Assembly (NCBI GenBank): GCA_963842945.1
Contig: CAWJIM010000021.1
Location: 1 to 64,000 of the forward strand
Direction of reading: 5' to 3'
From: an uncultured Gemmatimonadales bacterium
GTDB taxonomy: Bacteria > Gemmatimonadota > Gemmatimonadetes > Gemmatimonadales > GWC2-71-9
DNA length: 64,000 bases
Made by a program: the position numbers and the translations under genes. Of the stretch, positions 45,313 to 55,712 are shown one piece after another (positions within the stretch are counted from its first letter, which is position 1; each line of letters opens with the position of its first letter). The notes beneath the pieces were generated by a model. It was given only the letters and a program-made list of their open reading frames with translations, did no database searches and was not told the origin of the DNA.

Positions 45313-48147
45313 ATGCCCGATTCAGTAATCCGTATCGTCAACGCCCGCCAGAACAATCTCCGGAACATCAGTGTCGATCTGCCGCACCGAGCGCTGATTG
45401 TGGTGACGGGTCCAAGCGGGTCAGGTAAGAGCACCCTGGCGTTCGACACCCTCTACGCCGAAGGACAGCGGCGCTATATAGAGTCGCTCTCCACCTATGC
45501 CAAACAGTTCCTGGACCGGATGCCGAAGCCGCTGGTCGACCGGCTGGAGGGGATAGCTCCCGCCGTCGCCATTGAGCAGCGCAATCCCGTGATCTCCAGC
45601 CGCTCCACCGTGGGGACCGCTACCGAGGTCTACGACTACCTCCGCCTGCTCTGGGCCCGGGTAGGACGGTGTTACTGCCGGCGCTGTGGCGGCCCGGTCC
45701 GGAAAGACACGCCTGAGGCTGCGGCGGACGAGGTGGTGGAACAGGGCCAGGGCCGGGTCCAGGTGTGTTTTCCCCTCCCGCCCGTGGCCCGGCTGACCCA
45801 CAGCGCGGTGGTGGAGAATCTCCGGGCGCTCGGCTTTGTGCGGGTGATTGCGGACGGCATCCCCCACCATCTGGAAGATCTGCCTTCGACGCTCGACCTC
45901 ACCCGCGCGAGCGAGCTGCTGGTAGTGGTCGATCGCCTGGTGGCCGAGCCCGGCTCAGTCGGACGGATCTGCGAGGCCATTGCCACGGCCTTCCAGGAGG
46001 GCGAGGGCATCGCCGTGGTATTGCTGGAAGGCTCACCCGCGCCCAGCCGACTGCGATACACCGAGTTTCCCGCCTGTAGCCGCTGCGATACGCCTTCGGT
46101 GATGGTCACCCCAGCGCTGTTCTCCTTCAATAATCCCCGCGGCGCCTGCGCCCACTGCAACGGCTTCGGTGCGGTGCTCGAGTACGATGAATCCCTGATC
46201 GTCTGCGATCCGCAGAAGAGCCTGGCCGAAGGCGCCATCGACCCCTGGACCAAGCCGAGGTACGAGTCTCGCCGCCGGATTCTGCTCGACTTTGCCCGGT
46301 CGATGGGCGCCGATCCCAATAAGCCGTGGTCCAAGCTGAAGGCCGCTCACCGCCGGGAGCTGCTCTATGGTCGGAAAGGGCGATTCGTCGGCATCTTCCC
46401 CTTTCTCAAGGGGCTCGAGGAGAAGCGCTACAAGCAGTACATCCGCGTCTTCCTTCGCCAGTATCAGCTCGCCAAGACCTGTGAGGAGTGCGGCGGCAGC
46501 CGGCTGAACCCCGACGCGCTGGCGATCCGGATCGGCCAGGATACGATCGGATCGGTGGCCGCGCGATCGCTCGAGGCCATTCACCAGTGGGTCCGGCAGC
46601 TCACCCTTACCGAGACCGAGCGCGAGATAGCTCAGCTGATTGTGGACCAGCTCGATGCGCGGCTCAGCTTTCTCTGCGACGTCGGCCTGGGTTATCTCAC
46701 GCTCGACCGGCAGACCCGCACGCTGAGCGGTGGGGAGGCGCAGCGCATTTCTCTCTCCAATGCGCTCGGCGCCAATCTGGTGGATACCCTCTATGTGCTG
46801 GACGAGCCCTCGGTGGGTCTGCACCCTCGGGATACCGACCGGCTGCTCGGGCTGTTGCGGCGGCTGCGAGATGCCGGCAACACGGTACTGGTGGTGGAGC
46901 ACGATCTCGCCGCCATTCAGCAGGCCGACTTCATGCTCGAGCTGGGCCCCGGCTCGGGAGAGAACGGCGGACGAGTGGTCCACGCCGGCCCGGTTCATAC
47001 CGCGAGAACGTCGCTCACCGGACAATATCTCACCGGACAGAAACGGATCGCCGTGCCGAGCATCCGGCGGCCGGCGGGGCCACAGTGGCTCCGGGTACGG
47101 GGCGCCACCCTGCATAACGTGCGGGACGTGGACGTGGATATTCCGCTGGGCTCGCTCACCGCGGTGACCGGCGTCTCCGGCTCCGGCAAGAGCACCCTGC
47201 TCCACGATGTGATCTACCGGCAGCTGGAAGCCCGGCTCCGGGGAGAGCACTCGGCGAAGTCTCACCTGGGCGAGCCGGTGGGACAGGTGCGGTCCCTCAC
47301 CGGCTGGGAATTTCTCCAGGATGTTCTCCTGGTAGATCAATCACCCATCGGCCGCTCGCCCCGGTCCAATCCGGTCACTTACATCCGGGCCTTCGACGAG
47401 ATTCGGGAGCTCTTCGCGGCCCAGCCTCTGGCCCGGCAGCGCAAATACAACTCGGCCACATTTTCATTCAACCTGGCGGGGGGCCGCTGCGAGTCCTGTG
47501 AGGGCGCCGGCCACGTGCAGGTGGAGATGGTTTTTCTGGCGGACGTGTTCGTGCCCTGCGAGGCCTGCGGCGGCTCACGCTATCGGCCCGATGTGCTCGA
47601 CGTGAGAATCCAGGGCCGCTCCATTCACGACGTGCTGCAGTGGACGGTTGACGAGGCGGTGACCCGCTTCCGGCATCAGCCCCGCCTGGGTGCCGCGCTC
47701 TGGCAGCTCCAGCAAGTCGGGCTGGGTTACCTCCGGCTGGGGCAGCCCGCCACCACCCTCTCTGGCGGGGAGGCGCAGCGGCTGAAGATCGCCCGCGAGC
47801 TGCTGCAGGCGGGCAAGCGGGAAGGCCGAAAACTGTACATTCTGGACGAGCCCACCACCGGACTCCATCTCGACGATGTACGGGTGTTGATTCACGTGCT
47901 CGACCGGCTGGTCGATGCCGGCCATACCGTGGTGATCATCGAGCATCACATGGATGTGGTGAAGCGAGCGGACTGGGTGATCGACATGGGGCCCGAGGCC
48001 GGCGCAGCAGGGGGTCTCGTGGTGGGCCAGGGCACCCCGGAGGAGATTGCCGAGCTCGAAAACTCCCACACCGGCCGCTATCTCCAGCCCCTCCTCGCCC
48101 CGCCGGCCTCGGTCCCGCTCAGCCAGTTTGCTTCTACGGGCACTTAA
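45313..48147 (+). CDS. uvrA: Excinuclease ABC subunit A
   Basis: ARQNNL, GPSGSGKSTLAFDTLYAEGQRRY, two LSGGEAQR signatures, Zn fingers, LDEPTTGLH. Confidence 0.95.
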   Translation: MPDSVIRIVNARQNNLRNISVDLPHRALIVVTGPSGSGKSTLAFDTLYAEGQRRYIESLSTYAKQFLDRMPKPLVDRLEGIAPAVAIEQRNPVISSRSTVGTATEVYDYLRLLWARVGRCYCRRCGGPVRKDTPEAAADEVVEQGQGRVQVCFPLPPVARLTHSAVVENLRALGFVRVIADGIPHHLEDLPSTLDLTRASELLVVVDRLVAEPGSVGRICEAIATAFQEGEGIAVVLLEGSPAPSRLRYTEFPACSRCDTPSVMVTPALFSFNNPRGACAHCNGFGAVLEYDESLIVCDPQKSLAEGAIDPWTKPRYESRRRILLDFARSMGADPNKPWSKLKAAHRRELLYGRKGRFVGIFPFLKGLEEKRYKQYIRVFLRQYQLAKTCEECGGSRLNPDALAIRIGQDTIGSVAARSLEAIHQWVRQLTLTETEREIAQLIVDQLDARLSFLCDVGLGYLTLDRQTRTLSGGEAQRISLSNALGANLVDTLYVLDEPSVGLHPRDTDRLLGLLRRLRDAGNTVLVVEHDLAAIQQADFMLELGPGSGENGGRVVHAGPVHTARTSLTGQYLTGQKRIAVPSIRRPAGPQWLRVRGATLHNVRDVDVDIPLGSLTAVTGVSGSGKSTLLHDVIYRQLEARLRGEHSAKSHLGEPVGQVRSLTGWEFLQDVLLVDQSPIGRSPRSNPVTYIRAFDEIRELFAAQPLARQRKYNSATFSFNLAGGRCESCEGAGHVQVEMVFLADVFVPCEACGGSRYRPDVLDVRIQGRSIHDVLQWTVDEAVTRFRHQPRLGAALWQLQQVGLGYLRLGQPATTLSGGEAQRLKIARELLQAGKREGRKLYILDEPTTGLHLDDVRVLIHVLDRLVDAGHTVVIIEHHMDVVKRADWVIDMGPEAGAAGGLVVGQGTPEEIAELENSHTGRYLQPLLAPPASVPLSQFASTGT

Positions 48148-49580
48148 ACCGGTTTCATCTGCGGTTGCAGTTCCTGACCGGCACGGTGGATCAGCGCCCA
48201 GGCTTCATCCATATGCCGCCGACCGGTGAGCCGCTGCCCGATAACCATCCGGATCACGAATTTCCCGTCCAGCTCGGTGTGGGTCAGGTGCACTCGCCCG
48301 CTGGCGTTCACCCGGCTCAGAAGTTCCCGATTGAGCTGATCGAGAGCCGAGGCGTCACTGACGCCTGAGGGATGGTACCGGAAGCACACCAGACCGAAGG
48401 GCACCGGCGCCATCAGCTCGAAGTCCGGGCTCCCCCGGATCCGCTCTGCCAGCTCCTGGGCCAGCGCGACGTGACCTCGGACCAAGGCGCGGAGCCCCTC
48501 AACGCCGTAGCTGCGCAAGACAAACCAGACCTTCAGCGCGCGAAATCGGCGCCCCAGCTGAATCCCCCAGTCCCTGAAGTTCACCACCTGTGGGTCCTGC
48601 GGAGTGCGCAGATACTCCGGGGTTATGCGGAAGGTGCGGAGCAGGGCCTCGCGGTCCCGCACGTAGTAGGCGCTGCAATCGAAGTTGACCAGCATCCACT
48701 TGTGCGGGTTGAGCACGAGACTGTCCGCCTGCTCCATGCCGTTGAAGTAGTGCCGCAACTCGGGAACGATGGCGGCGGTCCCGGCGTAGGCCGCGTCCAC
48801 ATGCAGCCAGATGCCGTGGTGCCGGCACACTTCTCCGATGGCAGGCAGCGGGTCGACGGCCGTGGAAGAGGTGGTACCGACGGTGGCTACCACACAGGCG
48901 GGACGAAAACCCGACGCGAGGTCCGCCGATACGGCGTCGGCCAAAGCATCCGGCCTCATGGCATAGGCGGTATCCACCGGAATCAGCCGCAGCTGATCGA
49001 GTCCGTAGCCGGCAAGCCGTACGCCCTTGGTCACCGAGGAGTGCGCTTGGGCGGAGGCGTACACCGTGAGCCGGCCGGCACCGGCCATTCCGTGCTCGCC
49101 GGCGCCGTACCCGCTTGCCCGCTCCCGCGCCGAGAGCAGAGCCACCAGGGTAGCGGTCGAGGCGGTATCCTGGATTACCCCGATGAACGTGTCGGGAAGC
49201 GCCAGCATCTGCCGAAGCCAATCCATGGTGACCTGCTCCAGCTCGGTTGCGGCGGGCGAGGTCGCCCACGACATGCACTGGGCGCCGAGCGTGGCAGTGA
49301 GCATTTCGGCGAGAATGGACGGCGGACTGTTGTTGCCCGGGAAGTACGCGAACCAGCCGGGGTGATTCCAGTGCGTCATTCCGGGCAGCACGATCGATTG
49401 AAAGTCGGCAAAGAGCTGCGCGAACGGCTCGCCCTGCTCCGGCGGTGACGAGGGAAGCCGGCGGGCGATGTCCCCCGGCGCCACGTCGGGAATGACTGGA
49501 AGCTCGGAGACCCGGTCGAGGTAGTCGGCCATCCAGTCGACCAGCTCGTGCGCGTGCCGGCGAAATTCGTCGGGTTGCAT
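48144..49580 (-). CDS. Aromatic-L-amino-acid decarboxylase family (group II PLP)
   Basis: PGMTHWNHPGWFAYFP, SPAATELE, HVDAAYAG, NPHKW, LGRRFRALK. Confidence 0.93.
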   Translation of the reverse strand: MQPDEFRRHAHELVDWMADYLDRVSELPVIPDVAPGDIARRLPSSPPEQGEPFAQLFADFQSIVLPGMTHWNHPGWFAYFPGNNSPPSILAEMLTATLGAQCMSWATSPAATELEQVTMDWLRQMLALPDTFIGVIQDTASTATLVALLSARERASGYGAGEHGMAGAGRLTVYASAQAHSSVTKGVRLAGYGLDQLRLIPVDTAYAMRPDALADAVSADLASGFRPACVVATVGTTSSTAVDPLPAIGEVCRHHGIWLHVDAAYAGTAAIVPELRHYFNGMEQADSLVLNPHKWMLVNFDCSAYYVRDREALLRTFRITPEYLRTPQDPQVVNFRDWGIQLGRRFRALKVWFVLRSYGVEGLRALVRGHVALAQELAERIRGSPDFELMAPVPFGLVCFRYHPSGVSDASALDQLNRELLSRVNASGRVHLTHTELDGKFVIRMVIGQRLTGRRHMDEAWALIHRAGQELQPQMKPV

Positions 49581-49607
49581 ACTGGATGGTGAACTACTTT
49601 ACAGTCC

Positions 49608-50531
49608 ATGGCAATCTCCGGCCCCGTTCGGCGCCGTTACGGTCTCCTCCGTTCTGCTCGTCCCCTCCGACTCTCCAATGGCCTGGCCTGGATGGCGCTG
49701 GCTCAGCTGTTCTTTGCCGGAATGAACATCTGCACTCGGCTGGGGGCCCGCAGTCTGGTCTGGACCGAGGTAGCCGCCGCGCGATTTCTGGTCGGCGCAC
49801 TCATGGCAGCCGGACTGGGGTTGGTTCGAGGGAGCTCACTTCGGGTCGGCAACCAACCTGCGGCGTGGCGCCGGAGCATTTATGGAACGCTGGCGGCGAT
49901 CTGTACTTTCTACGCGCTGGCTTCCAGTCGGATTGCCCTGGGTGACGCCGCGACTCTCGGAGCAACCGCTCCGATCTTCGTGGTGCTGTTTGCCCGGCCG
50001 CTTCTGGGAGAACGGGTGAGCGCTGCGGAGCTGCTGGCCGTCGCTTTGGGCTTCAGCGGCATAGTTGCGGTTGTGCGTCCCTCGTTTGGCCTGGCCGCGC
50101 CGGTAGCCGCCATTGCGACGGTCGGAGCCGTGTTCTGGGCCCTCGCCATGATCTGGCTACGAAAGATTGGGCCGGGAGAGAGCCACGAGGCGGTAGTACT
50201 CCACTTTTCACTCGTCGCGTTGGTCTCCTTCATAGTGCTCGCCCTGCCCCAGTGGCGCTGGCCCAGCTGGACCGATTCGGCCGTTCTGCTCGGGGCCGGG
50301 CTCGGCGGCGGCCTCGGCCAGGTCACTATGACTCGAGCCTACTCACTGCATCGAGCCGCCCCGGTCAGTGCTCTTTCCGGGCTCGGTCTGGTTCTGACCT
50401 ATGCGCTGGCGCTGCCGGTGTTCGGCGATCGGCCCACCGCCTGGCAAGTCGGCGGATCGTTGCTGGTGGTCGGCGCCAGTGTGCTCCTGGCCGTGAGTCA
50501 CGACCCATTGGAGGCACCGGTCGGGGCCTGA
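49608..50531 (+). CDS. DMT/EamA family transporter
   Basis: About 10 TM segments, LLGERV, GQVTMTRAY. Confidence 0.88.
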   Translation: MAISGPVRRRYGLLRSARPLRLSNGLAWMALAQLFFAGMNICTRLGARSLVWTEVAAARFLVGALMAAGLGLVRGSSLRVGNQPAAWRRSIYGTLAAICTFYALASSRIALGDAATLGATAPIFVVLFARPLLGERVSAAELLAVALGFSGIVAVVRPSFGLAAPVAAIATVGAVFWALAMIWLRKIGPGESHEAVVLHFSLVALVSFIVLALPQWRWPSWTDSAVLLGAGLGGGLGQVTMTRAYSLHRAAPVSALSGLGLVLTYALALPVFGDRPTAWQVGGSLLVVGASVLLAVSHDPLEAPVGA

Positions 50532-50555
50532 GCCGGACTGATATAAGTTTGACCC

Positions 50556-51218
50556 ATGGCTGCCCCCGCACCCGCGGCACACCTCGCCCGTAGCGATGGA
50601 CTGACTTACGATCCCGACGTCGCCTGCAGCCACCTGACCCAGGCCGATCCCCGGCTGGGCGCGCTGATGACCCGGGCTGGTCCCTTTGCCCTGCGGCCGC
50701 GGCCGGCCCAAAGCCTCTTCTCGGCGCTGATGCGATCGATCGTGTACCAGCAGCTGACCGGAAAGGCCGCGGAGACCATACTCGGCCGGGCAATTCGGGC
50801 CTGCGGGCCCGGCCGATTTCCCACTCCACGTCAGGTGCTGGCGATCCCACCCGAGCGTCTGCGCCAGGCCGGGCTCTCCACCGCCAAGACCGCGGCGGTC
50901 CGCGATCTCGCCACCAAGACCCTGGACGGGACCGTCCCTTCCCTCGCCCGCATCCGCCGGATGGAGGACGAGGAAATTATTCAGCGGCTCACCCAGGTTC
51001 GTGGAATCGGCCGCTGGACAGTGGAAATGCTGCTGATGTTCCGGTTGGGACGTCCCGACGTGTTTCCGGTAACCGACCTGGGAGTTCGGAAGGGGTTCGG
51101 CCTGGTGTTTCTGCGAGGCAAACTGCCGGAGCCGGCAACCATGCTGCGACGCGGGGAGCGATGGCGTCCCTACCGCAGTGTCGCCAGCTGGTATCTCTGG
51201 CGTGCACTGGAGTTGTAA
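50556..51218 (+). CDS. DNA-3-methyladenine glycosylase II (AlkA family)
   Basis: SIVYQQL, GLSTAK, HhH motif VRGIGRWT, PVTDLGV, WRPYRSVASWYLW. Confidence 0.92.
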   Translation: MAAPAPAAHLARSDGLTYDPDVACSHLTQADPRLGALMTRAGPFALRPRPAQSLFSALMRSIVYQQLTGKAAETILGRAIRACGPGRFPTPRQVLAIPPERLRQAGLSTAKTAAVRDLATKTLDGTVPSLARIRRMEDEEIIQRLTQVRGIGRWTVEMLLMFRLGRPDVFPVTDLGVRKGFGLVFLRGKLPEPATMLRRGERWRPYRSVASWYLWRALEL

Positions 51219-51254
51219 GCTGAGTGGGACCGATCACCGCACCTTAGGAGACTC

Positions 51255-52607
51255 ATGAGCGCTCAGGCAACACCAATCACCACTGGTGAAGAGGAACGGT
51301 ACCAGCGTAAGACCGCAGCATCGCGCCGGTTCTTTGCCGAAGCACGGCAGTATATGCCGGGCGGCGACTCGCGGAGCACGCTGTTCTATCGACCGTATCC
51401 GGCGGTAATGGAGCGGGGCGAGGGCTGCTGGCTGGTGGACCTCGATGGAAATCGCCTGCTCGATTTCACCGGCAACCATTCCGTCCTGATTCACGGGTAC
51501 GCTCATCCGGTCATCATGCAAGCCGTCGAGCGCCAGATCCGGAAAGGGACCTGTTTCCCCGGCTCCAGCGAGCCTCAACTCGAGTTCGCCCGGCTGCTGT
51601 GCCAGAGAATGCCGTCGATCGAGCGAATCCGCTTCACCAATTCGGGGACCGAAGCTGCCCTGAATGCCATCCGGGCGGCGCGGGCGTTCACTGGACGGAA
51701 GAAAATCGCGAAGGTCGAAGGCGGGTATCACGGCACCGCCGACGATGTGATGGTGAGCATTCACCCGGCTGCCTCTGAGGCGGGGCAGCGTTCTCGGCCG
51801 CGGCCGACGGCTCACGCCAAGGGACTGCCTCCGGAGGTCGTTGGGAACGTGGTCATCATTCCCTTCAATGACCCGGAGGCCGCCAGACGGGTCATCGAGT
51901 CGGAAGCAAGCGACCTTGCAGCAGTGGTCGTTGAGCCGCTGCTTGGCTCAGCCGGAATGATTCCAGCCGAGCGGGCGTACCTCGAGATGGTGCAGGAGGT
52001 CACCCGGCGTCTGGGGATCCTGCTGGTCCTGGACGAGGTGGTGAGCCTGCGGGTGGCCTACGGCGGCGCCCAGGAGTACTTCGGGCTGCGCCCGGATCTC
52101 ACCATTTTCGGGAAGATGATCGGCGGTGGTTTTCCGCTCGGTGCCTTCGGCGGCCGGGCGGACATCATGGCACTGTTCGACCCCTCGGCCGGCCGCCCGG
52201 TGATTCCTCATCCGGGCAGTCACAACGCCAGTCCCATCGGCATCGTCGCCGGAATGGCCACGCTGGAGCTGCTCACTCGGCCCGTGCTCGATCGCCTCAA
52301 CGCTCGGGCCGAGGCTTTCCGGGCCGATTTGGCGGCAGCGTTCGCCGAAGCGAATGTTCCAGTACAGATCACCGGGCTCGGCTCACTCTTCGCTCTGCAC
52401 CTGACCAGGCAACCGGTGCGGAGCTATCGAGATACCCTCGAGACAGACACCAACCTCCGGCATCAGATCTTTCTCGGACTCTTCAACGAAGGCGTCCTGA
52501 TCGACCCGCGTGGCGTGGGCAACCTTTCCACTGCGCTGGGTGAGGAAGAGATCCAGCAGTTCGGCCGGGCGCTGAGAACTGTGTTTCGCCGGGTGATGTC
52601 CGGCTGA
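51255..52607 (+). CDS. Class III aminotransferase (glutamate-1-semialdehyde aminomutase-like)
   Basis: MPGGDSR, DLDGN, RFTNSGTEA, GGYHG, LDEV, FGKMIGGGFP. Confidence 0.9.
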   Translation: MSAQATPITTGEEERYQRKTAASRRFFAEARQYMPGGDSRSTLFYRPYPAVMERGEGCWLVDLDGNRLLDFTGNHSVLIHGYAHPVIMQAVERQIRKGTCFPGSSEPQLEFARLLCQRMPSIERIRFTNSGTEAALNAIRAARAFTGRKKIAKVEGGYHGTADDVMVSIHPAASEAGQRSRPRPTAHAKGLPPEVVGNVVIIPFNDPEAARRVIESEASDLAAVVVEPLLGSAGMIPAERAYLEMVQEVTRRLGILLVLDEVVSLRVAYGGAQEYFGLRPDLTIFGKMIGGGFPLGAFGGRADIMALFDPSAGRPVIPHPGSHNASPIGIVAGMATLELLTRPVLDRLNARAEAFRADLAAAFAEANVPVQITGLGSLFALHLTRQPVRSYRDTLETDTNLRHQIFLGLFNEGVLIDPRGVGNLSTALGEEEIQQFGRALRTVFRRVMSG

Positions 52608-52690
52608 GCCATACCCGACTTGACAGCAGATTTGCTTTTCGGTTTTCTTTCGGGCACAGCTTGGGATGCACCTATGCAAGGAGAAACGCG

Positions 52691-52921
52691 ATGTCCCGCA
52701 AGACTGATAAAAACCGGAATGCAGCGCAGAATCAGTCCAACACCATCAAGGATCCCGACGATTGGACTACCGGTGAGGAGCCAATGACCGGGGCTCAGGA
52801 GTCTTACCTGAACACCCTGGCCACTGAGGCGGGGGAAAACGTCGAGGAGGATCTCACCAAGGCCGAGGCCTCGAAGAAGATCGATGACCTCCGCCACAAG
52901 ACCGGCCGGGGAGAACGCTGA
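52691..52921 (+). CDS. DUF3072 family protein
   Basis: KDPDDWTTGEEPMTGAQESYL..L...LTKAEASKKID; AGGAG SD. Confidence 0.88.
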   Translation: MSRKTDKNRNAAQNQSNTIKDPDDWTTGEEPMTGAQESYLNTLATEAGENVEEDLTKAEASKKIDDLRHKTGRGER

Positions 52922-52922
52922 G

Positions 52923-53324
52923 CTAGGCTTCGGGCTTCGGCCGGTGGAGCAGTTTGGCCACCTCCTGAGGCGAGAGCCCCACCTCCTGAAGGATCTGTTC
53001 CGTGCTCGGCCGGCTGAAGTCCTCCCTCCGGGCCTCGAAGATCAGTTCATGGGCGTGGGGCCCGTCCAGCGCCTGCTGCTGCCGCAGCACCCACCCGCTT
53101 TCGTCCACGAACAACCGCAGCGCGTGGTCCAACGACTCGAAAGCGTTCTCGCTCCAGCAATGATCCCGGGGATGCCAGAATCGCGTCAGCAGTACTGCCC
53201 CGGCCGGCACCTTCTCGCCTTCCCGCGGCGAGCGGGTCATCACCACAACCCAATGCACCCTGCCGGATCGGGATGAGGCCAGGAGCTCGGCGGCGGTTTG
53301 AACCGCGGGTACCGGCTCAGTCAC
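52923..53324 (-). CDS. Hypothetical protein
   Basis: 133-aa ORF overlapping the AI-2E stop; genome-typical codon usage. Confidence 0.65.
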   Translation of the reverse strand: MTEPVPAVQTAAELLASSRSGRVHWVVVMTRSPREGEKVPAGAVLLTRFWHPRDHCWSENAFESLDHALRLFVDESGWVLRQQQALDGPHAHELIFEARREDFSRPSTEQILQEVGLSPQEVAKLLHRPKPEA

Positions 53325-54387
53325 TCAGCACCTCCGCCAGCCTCGAGCTCGTACTGGAGCGCTCGGCAAAGACTCTGACGGCCGCCAGCAGAGGCACCGC
53401 CACAAACGCGCCCGCCGGCCCCCACAAAAACCAGCCGATGATGACGATGATCAGAACGGCCAACGGATTCAGCTGCAGGCCGCTTCCGTATGCAAATGGG
53501 CTTACCAGGTTGTTCTGTATGCTCGAGATGGTGATGTAGGCGAGCGGAGGCAGAACGATCTGCCCTATGCTATCAAAGGCGGCAAAGGACGCGATCGTGA
53601 TCAAACCTACCATGATCAGCGCGCCTATATAGGGAAGGCATTCCAGCAGAAATGTCAGCACCCCCCAGAGGATCGGTGAGGGCATGCCCAGAGCCATGAA
53701 GACCAGGGCGACTACTACCGCTTGTCCTCCGCTCAGCAGCAGGGTCACCACCAGATACCGCCGCACCACTGACTCAGCCTCGGCTACGGTCTCCTCGCGA
53801 GTTCCTCGCTTCTGCGGCGGCATCAGCAGGGCGAGCTTCCGGCTCAGCAGATCACCCGTCGCAAGCACCACGAACAGGATGACGACGGTTTGGAGCAGCG
53901 TGCTCAGGATCCCGGCTGTGGTCGCGAATACCCGGCCGACGACCGGAGAGATGAAGGAGCCACCATCGGCCGCCGGTGCCTGCGCCCCCTGCTTCTCCTT
54001 CTGTCCCTGTTTCCCCTGCTCTCCCCCCGTCACTTGCTCTTTGGCCTGTTCGACGGCTTGGGAGACCTGTTTGATCGGCTTCCTGAGCTTTTCGATCTTG
54101 CCTCGAGCGGCGGACAGGGTCTGGGGTGCCTCCCGGACCCAGCCTTTCAGCGGCCCGGCCAGGAAATACCCTCCTGCCACCAGCAATCCGAGAATGCCGA
54201 GAGTCACCAGAGTTGCCCCGATGGCATCCGGTACACCAATCCCCGATAGTAGCTGAACGAGCGGCCGAACCAGCGCCGTCATCATCAGCCCGAGTGCAAT
54301 GGGAACGAAGACCTCCTGTCCCAGGTACAAGGCGGCAGCCGCCGCAATCGCCGCGAGTATGCTCAGGCTGGTCGAGCGCGAAGTCAC
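53317..54387 (-). CDS. AI-2E family transporter
   Basis: VPIALG...P, RRYL, LPYIG, IQNNLVSP, LNPLAV, WGPAGAFVAVP. Confidence 0.92.
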   Translation of the reverse strand: MTSRSTSLSILAAIAAAAALYLGQEVFVPIALGLMMTALVRPLVQLLSGIGVPDAIGATLVTLGILGLLVAGGYFLAGPLKGWVREAPQTLSAARGKIEKLRKPIKQVSQAVEQAKEQVTGGEQGKQGQKEKQGAQAPAADGGSFISPVVGRVFATTAGILSTLLQTVVILFVVLATGDLLSRKLALLMPPQKRGTREETVAEAESVVRRYLVVTLLLSGGQAVVVALVFMALGMPSPILWGVLTFLLECLPYIGALIMVGLITIASFAAFDSIGQIVLPPLAYITISSIQNNLVSPFAYGSGLQLNPLAVLIIVIIGWFLWGPAGAFVAVPLLAAVRVFAERSSTSSRLAEVLSD

Positions 54388-54391
54388 GGAT

Positions 54392-54937
54392 TCAGCTCCT
54401 GTCCTCTCGAAGGATGGCGTACACTACCACGTCTTCATACACTCCCCACTTTCTCACCCGCTGGCGCAGGAGCCCTTCGCGCAACATTCCGGCGGCCTGC
54501 AGAACCTTCCCGGCCGAGGGGTTGCGAACCATGTGATGGGCACAGATTCGATTCAGACCAATGGAGTTGAATCCAAAGTCGATGATTGCAGCGGCGGCCT
54601 CCCGGGCATAGCCGTTACCCCACCACTCCAGTCCGATCCAGAATCCCAACTCGGCCTGGAGATGTTCCGGATCGATGTCTCGCAGCCCAATTGAGCCGAT
54701 CAGGGCTCTGCCGGTACGTAATCGGATGGCAAAGTTGATGGCCCGTCCCCGGGAAGCTTCCCTTCGCTGCTGTCCGATCCATGCGAGGGCGTGATCCAGC
54801 TCGTAGGGATGGGGAATTGCCAGCGTGGTGTCGGCAATCTCCCGCGCGCCGGCCAGGCGCTGCAGCTCAGGAGCGTCTTCTTCCGTGAATGCCCCGAGGG
54901 TCAGACGTGGCGTCCGCAGGGTTGGGGTTGACGTCAC
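54392..54937 (-). CDS. RimJ/RimL-type GNAT acetyltransferase
   Basis: LRTPRLTL, AELGFWIG..WWGNGYA, NPSAGKVL..GM..EG. Confidence 0.92.
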   Translation of the reverse strand: MTSTPTLRTPRLTLGAFTEEDAPELQRLAGAREIADTTLAIPHPYELDHALAWIGQQRREASRGRAINFAIRLRTGRALIGSIGLRDIDPEHLQAELGFWIGLEWWGNGYAREAAAAIIDFGFNSIGLNRICAHHMVRNPSAGKVLQAAGMLREGLLRQRVRKWGVYEDVVVYAILREDRS

Positions 54938-54944
54938 GGCAGGA

Positions 54945-55298
54945 CTAGAAGGCGTGTTGCTGTGCCCGTTCGATGCTCTGCCCCAGCTCCCCTGCAGCTT
55001 CGCGTAAGTTGTTCAGCTCGGCGTAGCGCCCACTCACCGAGCCGCCTCGAAGATCGTTGCCCAGGCCACGGCACATTTCCGTGGCCCGCCGGATCCGGAA
55101 GCGCTCCTGGAAGTTCTTGTAGTCATCGCCGCCGGCCGCTCCCAGCAAACCCCAGAGTCTCAGACGCATGTCGTCCAGCGCGCTCTTGAAGTCCTCCAGT
55201 CCTTCGACCGGCGCCTTGCCCAGCGCCAGGCGGACCTCGATGGCCCTCAGAGTGGAGTTAAGCGTCGCGACGTGTTCGCCAAAGCTGGGCTCTCCCAT
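54945..55298 (-). CDS. Hypothetical helical protein
   Basis: GGAGG SD before ATG 55298; LEDFKSALDDMRLRLW. Confidence 0.7.
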   Translation of the reverse strand: MGEPSFGEHVATLNSTLRAIEVRLALGKAPVEGLEDFKSALDDMRLRLWGLLGAAGGDDYKNFQERFRIRRATEMCRGLGNDLRGGSVSGRYAELNNLREAAGELGQSIERAQQHAF

Positions 55299-55347
55299 GA
55301 CCCCTCCTGACGACTGGCCGCAAGAGCGGCCTGAGCCTACCTCCGTG

Positions 55348-55551
55348 CTACTCCCGGTATGCGTCAACCGACATGTTGAGGTCCCGTCGCAGTTCCGTCT
55401 CGCCACTGACCAGCGAGCTCCAGCTGATCTCCTGCCCCTTACGAGCGCCCTTGGGGGTGATCTTCACCCCTTCAGGGGAGATGGCCACGGTGTACAGCTT
55501 GCCGTCGAGGTCCAGCTCTCGCTTGATCGTTTTGTCGAGTTTGGTAGCCAT
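55348..55551 (-). CDS. Small conserved hypothetical protein
   Basis: GAGGA SD; MATKLDKTIKREL...KGARKG. Confidence 0.75.
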   Translation of the reverse strand: MATKLDKTIKRELDLDGKLYTVAISPEGVKITPKGARKGQEISWSSLVSGETELRRDLNMSVDAYRE

Positions 55552-55712
55552 GATTCCTCAGCAGTTTGGAGGAGCGTGGTCGCGCATAAGTCTTTGTGTA
55601 CCAGCGGGTCCCTGTTCCAGCCCGCCAATTATACGCAATAGATGGCACTGCCGTCGAGTTGCGCCGGGGTGCCTACCCCTAGCTTTAGAATATCCCCACA
55701 GAGCAGTCGGTG

